NCBI GenBank assembly: GCA_965223295.1
Contig: CBDCWC010000001.1
Location: 1 to 64,000, forward strand
Source: Nitrospirales bacterium
GTDB lineage: Bacteria; Nitrospirota; Nitrospiria; Nitrospirales; UBA8639
Direction: 5' to 3'
Length of the DNA stretch: 64,000 nt
Under the pieces are notes generated by a model. That model had not been told where the DNA came from and made no database searches. It saw only the letters and a program-made list of their open reading frames with translations. The position numbers and the translations under genes are program-made. Shown in pieces: positions 20,700 through 29,378 of this stretch; the first letter of the stretch is position 1; the number at the start of each line of letters is the position of its first letter.

Positions 20700-21812
20700 T
20701 TAATGTAAAAACTCTCGATTGATAATGGCTGAGACGGTAAACACCAAAATAATGACCATTATTAGAGTCCATCCAATAAGAGCGGCCGGGCGCTTAAAAA
20801 GATTTCGCTCAGGATTCGTATCGATAAAAGGAAGAGCGGCCAGGAAAGCCATAAACGCTCCAGGTATGGCTATAGCCCCAAGAAATTGCCCGAACTCTCC
20901 TCCAAACATTTTCAGGCGGAGTAGTTGAAAGAGAAAGAGAAAATACCATTCAGGCTCAGGATGATAGTCACCAGGATCGGGAGTCGCCTGCTCAAGTAAT
21001 ACAACAGGCTCAATAAACGCTAAAGAACAGATAATGAGAAACACAGTGGCCATCGCCACAATATCTTTCCAAATTTGACGCGGAAAGAAGTAATCCGTCT
21101 TAGCCTTGATCTCCTCCGGACTTCCTCTAAACGGTCCGGCAGGTCCCGCTTTTCTAAACAGGAAAATATGAAGGCCAGCTAATCCGGCTAATGCCGCTGG
21201 CAAGACCATCACATGTATGACAAAAAATCGACTGAGCGTCATCTGCCCAGGTGTAGGGCCACCCTTCAGAAATCTGGCCATAAAATCTCCCACAATGGGA
21301 GTTTTGTCCATAATTTCGACGCCAACGACTGTAGCCCAATAGGCTCGCTGATCCCATGGCAAGAGATATCCGGTAAATCCGAACCCCATCACAATTCCAA
21401 AAAGCGCCAGACCGACAAGCCATATCAATTCTCTAGGTTTCTTGTATGCTCCCCATAAAAAGACTTGTGACATGTGAGCAAACACCATCACAACCATAGC
21501 GGAAGAACCCCAGAAGTGGTAGCTCAAAAGAAACCAGCCGTAGTCCACTTCATGAATAATATACTGGGTACTGTCATAAGCATGATCGGTACTGGGAACG
21601 TAATAAAACATCAATAAAATCCCAGTGACCACTTGAAGAATGAAAATGAAAAGGAGGACTGAGCCGAAGGCATAGGCCCATCGAGACCCACCAGGGATCG
21701 GCTCGTTGAGCATTTTGGCCTGAATGGTTTTCAGACCAACCCGTTCATCAACAAACTCAACAACTTTTTCAAATGGATTGGGTTGATTGACGGGTTGAGA
21801 ATCCTGCTGCAT
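20700..21812 (-). CDS. petB: Cytochrome b of a Rieske/cytochrome b complex
   Basis: LQVVTGILL, YHFWGSS..AHMSQVF, GFTGYLLPWDQRAYWA, FFVIHV..LH, PEWYFLF. Own RBS (GAGGA) and ATG at 21812. Confidence 0.92.
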   Translation of the reverse strand: MQQDSQPVNQPNPFEKVVEFVDERVGLKTIQAKMLNEPIPGGSRWAYAFGSVLLFIFILQVVTGILLMFYYVPSTDHAYDSTQYIIHEVDYGWFLLSYHFWGSSAMVVMVFAHMSQVFLWGAYKKPRELIWLVGLALFGIVMGFGFTGYLLPWDQRAYWATVVGVEIMDKTPIVGDFMARFLKGGPTPGQMTLSRFFVIHVMVLPAALAGLAGLHIFLFRKAGPAGPFRGSPEEIKAKTDYFFPRQIWKDIVAMATVFLIICSLAFIEPVVLLEQATPDPGDYHPEPEWYFLFLFQLLRLKMFGGEFGQFLGAIAIPGAFMAFLAALPFIDTNPERNLFKRPAALIGWTLIMVIILVFTVSAIINREFLH

Positions 21813-21844
21813 GAAGGAATAGTCCTCGATTTTATGAAGGCTTG

Positions 21845-22797
21845 TTAAAGAAGTCGAATTTGATCTTTTCACGCCGGCCTTGTATTCGATATCAATAATC
21901 TTCACTTCTCCGGCGGCATCAACTTGCAGAGGCAGGACATCCAGGCCACGCGGGGCCGGGCCGTCAATGACTTTCCCTGCTTCATCATACAGACTCAGAT
22001 GACAAGGGCAGAGGAATACTCCATCCGGATTGCTCTTTGTTCTTCTCCACTTATATCCGCACCCTAGATGAGGGCACTTTCCAGAGAATCCGATATATGG
22101 TGAATTCGCTTTATTGACATGAATCACAGTCACCTTTATTATCGAAGAATCTTGCATCTTTCCCACCATACACCGCCTTTTGCACTTCAGGCGTGGCCTT
22201 TCACCACCCAGATATTCTTTTCAATCTGCTGTTCAGGCATAAAAGCTTCCTTGAAACCCCGCGTAAATTTAAACTGAAAGCCGATGTTTTCCTGTCTTAA
22301 CTTTCTTCACATTTCCCACGGAAAACCATGAATTATCAAACGGTTTAAACATGGGCTTCATCAAATATTTCAGCACAGGAAATGCCAGAGGAAGTGCAAT
22401 AAGGGTCCCGATGGCATGTGTCATATTGTTAAAAAATGTTCTGCGAGGGACACCCTGCTCTAGACAAGGGAGCGGGCACCAATATCTCACCCGGTTCAAC
22501 ATGAAGATTATCCTCAAGATGCGCAATTTCAACATCATGAATCGTGACATATTGATCACGATCAATTAATAGGAAATTGCGCTTGAACTCGTCCGGTGAG
22601 CAGCGAAGAACAATCTCTTCTTCACTCACAATCTGCTGAACTTGCCCAACAGGAATCTGTCGCTCAACACCCTGAGCTCCCCATTCCTTCACTACAACAT
22701 GACTAATTTCATGTGAAAGGGGATCAACAATGACCTTGGAAACCTTTCCAACTTCATGATCACCACATAGGGCTTTTGCCGTGAGCTTTGGTTGCAT
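21845..22797 (-). CDS. Rieske iron-sulfur protein with N-terminal PRC-barrel-like domain, split by frameshifts
   Basis: VGKVSKVIVDP..ISHVVV (PRC-like), RRTFF plus TM helix, CPHLGC and CPCHLS boxes, GPAPRGLD. Removing one A near 21868 gives the ending KDQIRLL-stop. Confidence 0.85.
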
Positions 22798-22831
22798 GCC
22801 TTACACGAATCCTCTAAATCTTCCTCATCAA

Positions 22832-23640
22832 TCAATACATTTTTATCGGTTTCGGCGTGGTCAACAGAAGCATCCTTTAGAGAGGCCAAGAATGCCACGA
22901 GAGCATCAATCTCCTCATCAAACATGAGGTCTCGGTACTTATCTGGCATTTTTCCCTTCTTGTATTGTTTATCAAATCCCTCTGCCTTCCACTTTTTGGG
23001 ATATAATATTTTTTCTTTTAAGTTGCTCAGGAGTCATGAGATTGCCAATATTGTCCATCACAGGACCTCGCTTTTTCCCACCTTGACCAAACAGTTTATG
23101 GCAGTTATAGCATTCTTGGAGCTCCCATTGTTCTTTCCCCAAGGCAACAAGGTCACCAGAAGCGGCTCCAGATGTACCAGTGTCTTCAACCACCTCCACT
23201 TTTGCCGCACCTCCGAGAGAAGCCAATTGTTTAGAAATGGACTTCGCCCGTTCGTCTAAAGCTTTTGCCCTAGCAATAAGCTCCTCGGCTTTACCTTGCT
23301 GCGATCTGGCTTTTCGCATTTTGAGAACTTTCTCAATTTTTCCAGCTTCAACACTAGGGTCGAATTGAGGAAGAATTGAGGCTCCGGCGATATACATTCC
23401 CGAAAGTAATACATAAAATACAATGAGCGCCCCAAGCGCTTTAAAGCCTTCCAAGCGCTTCATAGGAGGAGCATCAAGAAGGATAAACACAAATGCTCCC
23501 AACATAGCGTAGATGAAAAACATGATCTGAAAAACCTTGGGAAAGTGCGTCATCTGGGCCACAACAACCAAGATAACCCCAATGATAATTCCGATGACTG
23601 TTTTTTTCAGAACACTTTTCATGAAGCTTTGATTAGCCAT
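22832..23640 (-). CDS. Membrane-anchored monoheme cytochrome c, frameshifted near the 3' end
   Basis: Three TM helices, coiled coil and CYNCH. Continues in another frame as KMPDKYRDLMFDEEIDALVAFL. The end position is approximate. Confidence 0.82.
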
Positions 23641-23695
23641 ACGATTCCTTTTCTTCGAAATTCGTTCTCTCCAGCCTTACTCACCAGACAATGAG

Positions 23696-25405
23696 TTAAG
23701 AAGTCACGGTCTTTGGATTGGCCGGTTTAAGAGTGACCAGAATGGCAAAACTGACCACAGCATAGAACACGATCGTCACCCCTGTAATCCACCAAGCCGA
23801 GAACGACAATGTCGGAGTAAAGGCTTCAGAGGTGAAATCTGGAACAAGGTTGTATACATGGAAGTATTTTCTGGTGAGGGACCGAACGGTTCCCATCAAG
23901 CCCATTGTCCAAATTGCGCTAAATGCCAAGAAAATCAAGACAAATTGTGAGGCAAAATCTATTTTCCCCCAAATAATCGTTCCTTGTTTAATGGCACGGT
24001 TATACATGATGTAGTTCACGATAGTAAGAAAGACCAGCGTGAACGCCGCCGCATTTTTGGCTGGCATTAATGCCAATTCTTCGGCCCATTCTGGCAACTC
24101 AAGATCATGCGTCGCTAGGCCTTGGGTAGGAACAAACCCATGGGGAGTCATCCAAATAGCATCAGCCACCACAATCATGAGAAAACCGATTTTTATCATG
24201 GTGAAAGCAGAAACTGTGAAGTTTTTAAGTCCAGGCACCCTCCCCAGAACCATTGGAGCAATAACAATGGCTGCCAAGTATATAAGCGACTGCCACTCAG
24301 GTGGGGGAAACATTTTCCACGCCATCCCCATGACAGCCGGCATAACCAGCACAGCCAAGGCTACAAACCCAGAGATGCGAATCTGCTCCACGCCCTCAAT
24401 GCGCTTGAGACTTAACCAAATATAATAATTACTTGCGAGAAAGATGAGACCAATCATAGCCCCCTGCATTTCAAAAAACATCGACAATTGGTCAGCCATC
24501 ATGTAGGGGCAAATGGACGCATCATAGTCACAGAGTTCGTAGGCCAGGAGGTAGCCCATAAACGGCAGCAACAATAGCGCTCCCACTCCAATCATATTGC
24601 CCACAAACCCCATCCAATCATAGTACGATCGCTCTTCATCGGTTTTTGACCGCATGAACATATAGGCCGCAATTAGCCCTGCGATAAATCCTCCAAACGT
24701 CACATTCCCAACCAACCGATGAAGATTCAGCGGCATCCAACTATAGTTAGCCATTTTGTCCCACAAACCAGCATTCGTCACGAACTCCACAAGTGAGACC
24801 CCTTCTGCCGCTTTTGCGGGAGTATTCATAAACGCGGTCGGACCATCAATCACAAAAAGCGTGACCGTTCCTACAATATTCAAGAGAATCCCCAGAGCGA
24901 TATGACGCCCTTTTAAAGAACCTTTCATGGAATCCCAGGAATAGAAGTACGTATAGAGAATAATGGTCTCCATGATAAACAACACCGGATAGAAAACGGC
25001 GAATACCATGAAGAAATGCTGGATGAGCCAGGTCGAAAAGTCTGGGTAGGTACCCAGGAGCACAAAGATAAACAACCCACCGGTCAAAGCCGTCATACTG
25101 TAGAGAATGACCGTGACCTTAATGACTTCCTTGGCAAGACGGTCGTACTTTGGGTCGTTATTTTTGTACCCAAGCCACTCAGCCACCACCGCAAATATTG
25201 GAGCACCCAATATAAAGGCAGCAAATAAGATATGCAGATTGGCTACGACCCAGACTGCAGTGCGATTTCCCGTATATGGGAAATCCACCTGAGGAGCAGG
25301 AACCTCCTGTCCATACGCCAGTGCTGCCCCGCCAATGAGCAAGCCTAAAACCATCCATATACTTCGGTGTAAGGTTTTCAAGGGTCGTCCCCCTCCTTTA
25401 ATCAT
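23696..25405 (-). CDS. Cytochrome bd-like oxidase subunit (CydA-like), copy B
   Basis: ANLHILFAAFILGAP, METIILYTYFYSW, NLHRLVGN and YDWMGFVGN. Clearly paralogous to 17834..19711. Confidence 0.82.
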   Translation of the reverse strand: MIKGGGRPLKTLHRSIWMVLGLLIGGAALAYGQEVPAPQVDFPYTGNRTAVWVVANLHILFAAFILGAPIFAVVAEWLGYKNNDPKYDRLAKEVIKVTVILYSMTALTGGLFIFVLLGTYPDFSTWLIQHFFMVFAVFYPVLFIMETIILYTYFYSWDSMKGSLKGRHIALGILLNIVGTVTLFVIDGPTAFMNTPAKAAEGVSLVEFVTNAGLWDKMANYSWMPLNLHRLVGNVTFGGFIAGLIAAYMFMRSKTDEERSYYDWMGFVGNMIGVGALLLLPFMGYLLAYELCDYDASICPYMMADQLSMFFEMQGAMIGLIFLASNYYIWLSLKRIEGVEQIRISGFVALAVLVMPAVMGMAWKMFPPPEWQSLIYLAAIVIAPMVLGRVPGLKNFTVSAFTMIKIGFLMIVVADAIWMTPHGFVPTQGLATHDLELPEWAEELALMPAKNAAAFTLVFLTIVNYIMYNRAIKQGTIIWGKIDFASQFVLIFLAFSAIWTMGLMGTVRSLTRKYFHVYNLVPDFTSEAFTPTLSFSAWWITGVTIVFYAVVSFAILVTLKPANPKTVTS

Positions 25406-25438
25406 TCTTTCCGTCCTGGAGACAGCGCTTATGCGTGA

Positions 25439-25984
25439 TTAATGAGCCGCATCATCCGCAGGTGCATCCCCTGCTGGTGCAGCGGCTGGAGCAGAACCAG
25501 CTGTTCCCTGAGGAACCCATTTTTTCGCGGCCACATCATATTCCTTACCTTTGAGCCCAAAGGTCGCTTCGTAGGCAATCACTTTCCAGATTTCCTCTTC
25601 TGAAAGCTTGCTCTTCCAGGCTTTCATTTTCGTGCCTTTGACACCTTCACTAACTCGCCAAAACCATACTGCATCTGAATAGAGCTCCATTTGCTCAGTT
25701 CGTCGGAAGTCTCTGGCACCCGCCTTCACAGGCTTCCCATTTTTTCCATGGCAACTGGCGCAATTCACATCAATATTTTGCTGTCCGGTAAAAATGGCTT
25801 TCCCCTCCTCTAGGATTTCAGGATTATTCCAATAGCCATCCGGCATATGCTTGTCAGCATATTCAGGCGGAGCAGGCGGCGGGGGCTTCGGTGGGCCTTC
25901 TCCTCCACCACAAGCAGAAAATGACATCCCCATGACCGCTAACCCCATCACAAACAAGCTTCGAAGATTTCGGTATTCGTTCAT
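25439..25984 (-). CDS. Monoheme cytochrome c lipoprotein
   Basis: Lipobox FSAC, Pro-rich linker, CASCH, FWRVSEG..TKMKAW. RBS GAGGGGG. Confidence 0.9.
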   Translation of the reverse strand: MNEYRNLRSLFVMGLAVMGMSFSACGGGEGPPKPPPPAPPEYADKHMPDGYWNNPEILEEGKAIFTGQQNIDVNCASCHGKNGKPVKAGARDFRRTEQMELYSDAVWFWRVSEGVKGTKMKAWKSKLSEEEIWKVIAYEATFGLKGKEYDVAAKKWVPQGTAGSAPAAAPAGDAPADDAAH

Positions 25985-26510
25985 TGTTCCCCCTCGTGTA
26001 CGTGATTCCTAATACTAAGCCTGTTAAGCTTCCTGCTTTTTCTCAACTGTTACCAACAACGTTATCACTCCTTTGAGGACTACACTTCCTATGTTATCCC
26101 CTTCTGCAGAGGTCTTATTCTCTCTTAGCGGAATTCTAAAAAAGGCTTTTTACTAAACCGGCGGGGAAAATTCGAGGAAAAGATAAAAGAGGACAGGAAC
26201 TGATTTTATCCTCGACGGTCTAAGCCCTATCTGTTACCTAACTACATTTTCAAAAATTCAAAGGGTACCTCATCCTTTGATTGCCCTAACCTTCTTTCAT
26301 CTCCTTGGCCTTTCGACCCCGAAAAAAGACCTGGTTTTCTATCACAGACAAGCGGCGACCGTCAATCGAATCTTCGGTTTGGTGGATGAACGGACTCCCT
26401 AGAGGATGACTATTTTCCGAGGAACCACTTTTCCTAAAGGATTCTTGAATTGTGAGATATCAGACACTAAAAAAATACTGTAAAAACGAGGTAGGGACAG
26501 CTGGAAAGAA

Positions 26511-26855
26511 CTATGGCATTTTTGACTTCTGCCACTTTTGTGTCCAATCTTCCCAGGATCGACCAAATGCGGTGTCTTCTCCGCTGAATTCCACTTCAGC
26601 AATATCCTGATACTTTACTGTCATCGGCTCCGCCTGATTGGGGGGAAACAGCTTAACATATGGGTCAGGAATTCCCTCTTGGCGATCAAATACATAACCA
26701 ACAACCTGCTCTCCGGTTTTGAGGTGTAGGGTCACATCGCCTCGATAGTCACAGGCCCTATTAAGAGCCTCTTTCAGGTCAGACTCCGTATGAGTCGGCA
26801 GTCGATGCCCTTCCCAAGATGGTGGATGATTATCTGAGAGGTCTTGGTGACTCAC
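26511..26855 (-). CDS. Hypothetical protein, possibly Sm-like beta-barrel
   Basis: 114-aa ORF downstream of hpnH. DYRGDVTLHLKTGEQVVGYVFD and GEDTAFGRSWEDW look conserved. GTG start. Confidence 0.65.
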   Translation of the reverse strand: MSHQDLSDNHPPSWEGHRLPTHTESDLKEALNRACDYRGDVTLHLKTGEQVVGYVFDRQEGIPDPYVKLFPPNQAEPMTVKYQDIAEVEFSGEDTAFGRSWEDWTQKWQKSKMP

Positions 26856-26929
26856 GACCCAGGATTTTCTTCAGAGGTTTTGGCTAAGGTCGATAAAGAA
26901 GGAAGGCCGGACAATGACGAAAACAAGCG

Positions 26930-27946
26930 CTACACCGCATTAGGAAAGAGAGTGGCCTTCATCGTTCCCAAAAATCCACTCCAGGAACCGAAGGTGTCTT
27001 TAACCGCCGACGCTTCATAGCCACAATGCACCATACAATCTCGGCATTGCTCATGCCGCCCTGTCCCATAGCGTTCCCAGTCCGTCTCTTCCATGAGTTC
27101 TCGAAACGTCGACACGTATCCCTCTTGCAATAAATAACAAGGACGCTGCCAGCCAAAGATATTGTAGGTGGGATTTCCCCATGGCGTACATTCATAATCC
27201 CGCTTCCCCATGAGAAATTCTAGAAAGAGAGGCGACTGATTAAATTGCCACGTTCGCTTACGTTGCGTCAGCAATTGGGAAAACAACGACCGCGTCCGAT
27301 CCCGTTTCAGAAAACTTTGCTGGTCAGGAGCTTTATCGTAACTGTACCCAGGCGAAATCATCATGCCTTCAACGCCCAACTCCATCATTTCATCAAAGAA
27401 CTGGCGAACACGCCCCGGCTCGGCATCATCAAACAGCGTCGTATTAGTCGTCACCCGAAAACCTTTGGCAAGTGCAACGCGAATCGCTTTCACCGCCACA
27501 TCATAGACGCCATCCCGACAGACAGCATGGTCATGCTCTTCTTTCAGTCCATCCATGTGAATACTGAATGTCAGGTATTTTGAGGGTGTATAGTCTTGGA
27601 TTTTTCGTTCTAAAAGAATGGCGTTCGTACACAAATAGACATATTTTTTTTGCTCCACGAGTCCCTCGACAATAGCTGGCATTTCGGGATGAATGAGTGG
27701 CTCCCCTCCTGGAATACTCACGATTGGCGCTCCACATTCATCAGCCGCTGTCCAACATTGCTCAGGCGTTAGGCGTCTGTTCAGAATATGATCCGGATAT
27801 TGGATTTTCCCGCATCCTGCACATTCCAAATTGCACCGAAACAACGGCTCGAGCATCAGCACTAATGGATACCGCGGGACACCTCGAAGATGCTTCGAGA
27901 ACGCGTACTGCGACACCGTATACATCTGTGAAATAGGAACACCCAT
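26930..27946 (-). CDS. hpnH: Adenosylhopane synthase radical SAM protein
   Basis: YPLVLMLEPLFRCNLECAGCGKI, SIPGGEPLIH, LCTNA, CTPWGNPT, PCYLL, CRDCMVHCGYE. Confidence 0.95.
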   Translation of the reverse strand: MGVPISQMYTVSQYAFSKHLRGVPRYPLVLMLEPLFRCNLECAGCGKIQYPDHILNRRLTPEQCWTAADECGAPIVSIPGGEPLIHPEMPAIVEGLVEQKKYVYLCTNAILLERKIQDYTPSKYLTFSIHMDGLKEEHDHAVCRDGVYDVAVKAIRVALAKGFRVTTNTTLFDDAEPGRVRQFFDEMMELGVEGMMISPGYSYDKAPDQQSFLKRDRTRSLFSQLLTQRKRTWQFNQSPLFLEFLMGKRDYECTPWGNPTYNIFGWQRPCYLLQEGYVSTFRELMEETDWERYGTGRHEQCRDCMVHCGYEASAVKDTFGSWSGFLGTMKATLFPNAV

Positions 27947-28029
27947 TACGGCATTACTCCAAAACGCATAGCTTTCTGTTTATTGTATGACTTCTACAAG
28001 AAATGTGTATTTTTGAGAACCGCTACAAA

Positions 28030-28105
28030 TGGAGGCGCCGAGCGGGATCGAACCGCTGAATCGCAGTTTTGCAGACTGCTCCCTTAACCACTTGGGTACG
28101 GCGCC
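28030..28105 (-). tRNA. tRNA-Cys (GCA)
   Basis: Reverse complement GGCGCCGTACCCAAGTGGTTAAGGGAGCAGTCTGCAAAACTGCGATTCAGCGGTTCGATCCCGCTCGGCGCCTCCA. Anticodon GCA, CCA end. Confidence 0.97.
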
Positions 28106-28187
28106 TTCTCGGCTTCATTATACGAAGTCGCTTTTGTTTTGCACAACTGAGGGTACGATGGCTTCTACTTTCTAGGAAGTACCGAGA

Positions 28188-29372
28188 TTACCTGAGAGGT
28201 AAAACTGGAATGTCTCGTGAGGAATGCCTAGTGGAGGCTAAAGACAGATCCTCGATTGGAAGAACGTCAGGATCTGCCATAGACACCGAATTATTTGAAT
28301 TGTCAGACCCTTGCTCTTTTGCCATGGCTTCGACTTCTTCAATCAACGTATCCATTAATTCTTCTGAAGGTACACGTTTATAGAGTTTGCCCTTTTTGAA
28401 GACAATTCCAACCCCTTGGCCACCCGCTATACCAATATCAGCTTCCTTTCCTTCGCCGATACCATTGACGACACAGCCGAGAACGGACACCGTGATGGGG
28501 GTTTTAATATGCCCAAGTCGATGCTCTAATTCATTCGCCATTTTCACCACATCAATTTCGACGCGGCCACATGTAGGACACGCAATAACGTTGACTCCTC
28601 GATGCCTCAGTTCAAGCGACTTTAAGATTTCAAACCCCACTTTGACTTCTTCTACCGGGTCGGCTGCCAAAGAGACGCGTAAGGTGTCACCAATGCCCTG
28701 AGACAGGAGCCAGCCCAACCCCATGGCTGACTTAACGGCACCAGTCGTCGCTGTACCTGCTTCGGTAATACCGATATGCAAGGGATAGTTGGATTGCTGC
28801 GCGAATAACCAATAGGCGTCGATGGCCATGTGAACATCTGACGCCTTCAATGACACTTTCATATTGGTGAAGCCCACATCTTCCAAAGCATGGACGGCAT
28901 TCAGCGCAGATTCGGCCAACGCTTCGGCTGTCGGGTACCCATATTTGTCTAGGAGCGTTTTTTCTAGTGAACCTCCATTCACGCCAACTCTAAGAGGAAT
29001 GCCGTAATCATTGACGGCTTTAATCACCTCTTCAGTTTTCCACCAGGGGCCGACATTTCCCGGATTGATGCGAACACAATCGACGACTTCTGCTGCCTTT
29101 AATGCCAAACGATGATCAAAATGAATATCCGCAATAAGGGGCACCGTCATCTGGGCCTTAATTTTAGGAAGAGCCTGAGCAGCCTCCATGTCGGGAACAG
29201 CCACTCGTATGAGTTCACACCCCGCCTCTTCTAAGCGACGAATTTGTTCTAGGGTCCCTGGAATATCACTGGGATGAGGGATGGTCATGGACTGCACCGA
29301 AATCGGCGCATCGCCACCAATCTTGACCGGTCCCACCTGAATTTGACGGGTCTTTCGTCTAACAATATGCAT
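28188..29372 (-). CDS. ispG: (E)-4-hydroxy-3-methylbut-2-enyl-diphosphate synthase
   Basis: PISVQSMT, ADIHF, RINPGN, RVGVNGGSL, HIGITEAG, GIGDTLRVSL, CPTCGR, GCVVNG. Confidence 0.97.
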   Translation of the reverse strand: MHIVRRKTRQIQVGPVKIGGDAPISVQSMTIPHPSDIPGTLEQIRRLEEAGCELIRVAVPDMEAAQALPKIKAQMTVPLIADIHFDHRLALKAAEVVDCVRINPGNVGPWWKTEEVIKAVNDYGIPLRVGVNGGSLEKTLLDKYGYPTAEALAESALNAVHALEDVGFTNMKVSLKASDVHMAIDAYWLFAQQSNYPLHIGITEAGTATTGAVKSAMGLGWLLSQGIGDTLRVSLAADPVEEVKVGFEILKSLELRHRGVNVIACPTCGRVEIDVVKMANELEHRLGHIKTPITVSVLGCVVNGIGEGKEADIGIAGGQGVGIVFKKGKLYKRVPSEELMDTLIEEVEAMAKEQGSDNSNNSVSMADPDVLPIEDLSLASTRHSSRDIPVLPLR

Positions 29373-29378
29373 GTGAGG

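Noticed and set aside
20700-22169. Apparent Rieske-cytochrome b fusion ORF (489 aa)
   Set aside because: One extra A near 21868 removes the natural Rieske stop (KDQIRLL-stop). Cytochrome b has its own RBS and ATG at 21812, and the neighbourhood has other indels.
25985-26510. Riboswitch or ncRNA in the long leader of the respiratory cluster
   Set aside because: No recognisable aptamer or FNR-type box by eye. An Rfam/Infernal search would be needed.
27950-28105. Possible island at tRNA-Cys
   Set aside because: Directly followed by hpnH, with no att-like repeat or mobility gene.
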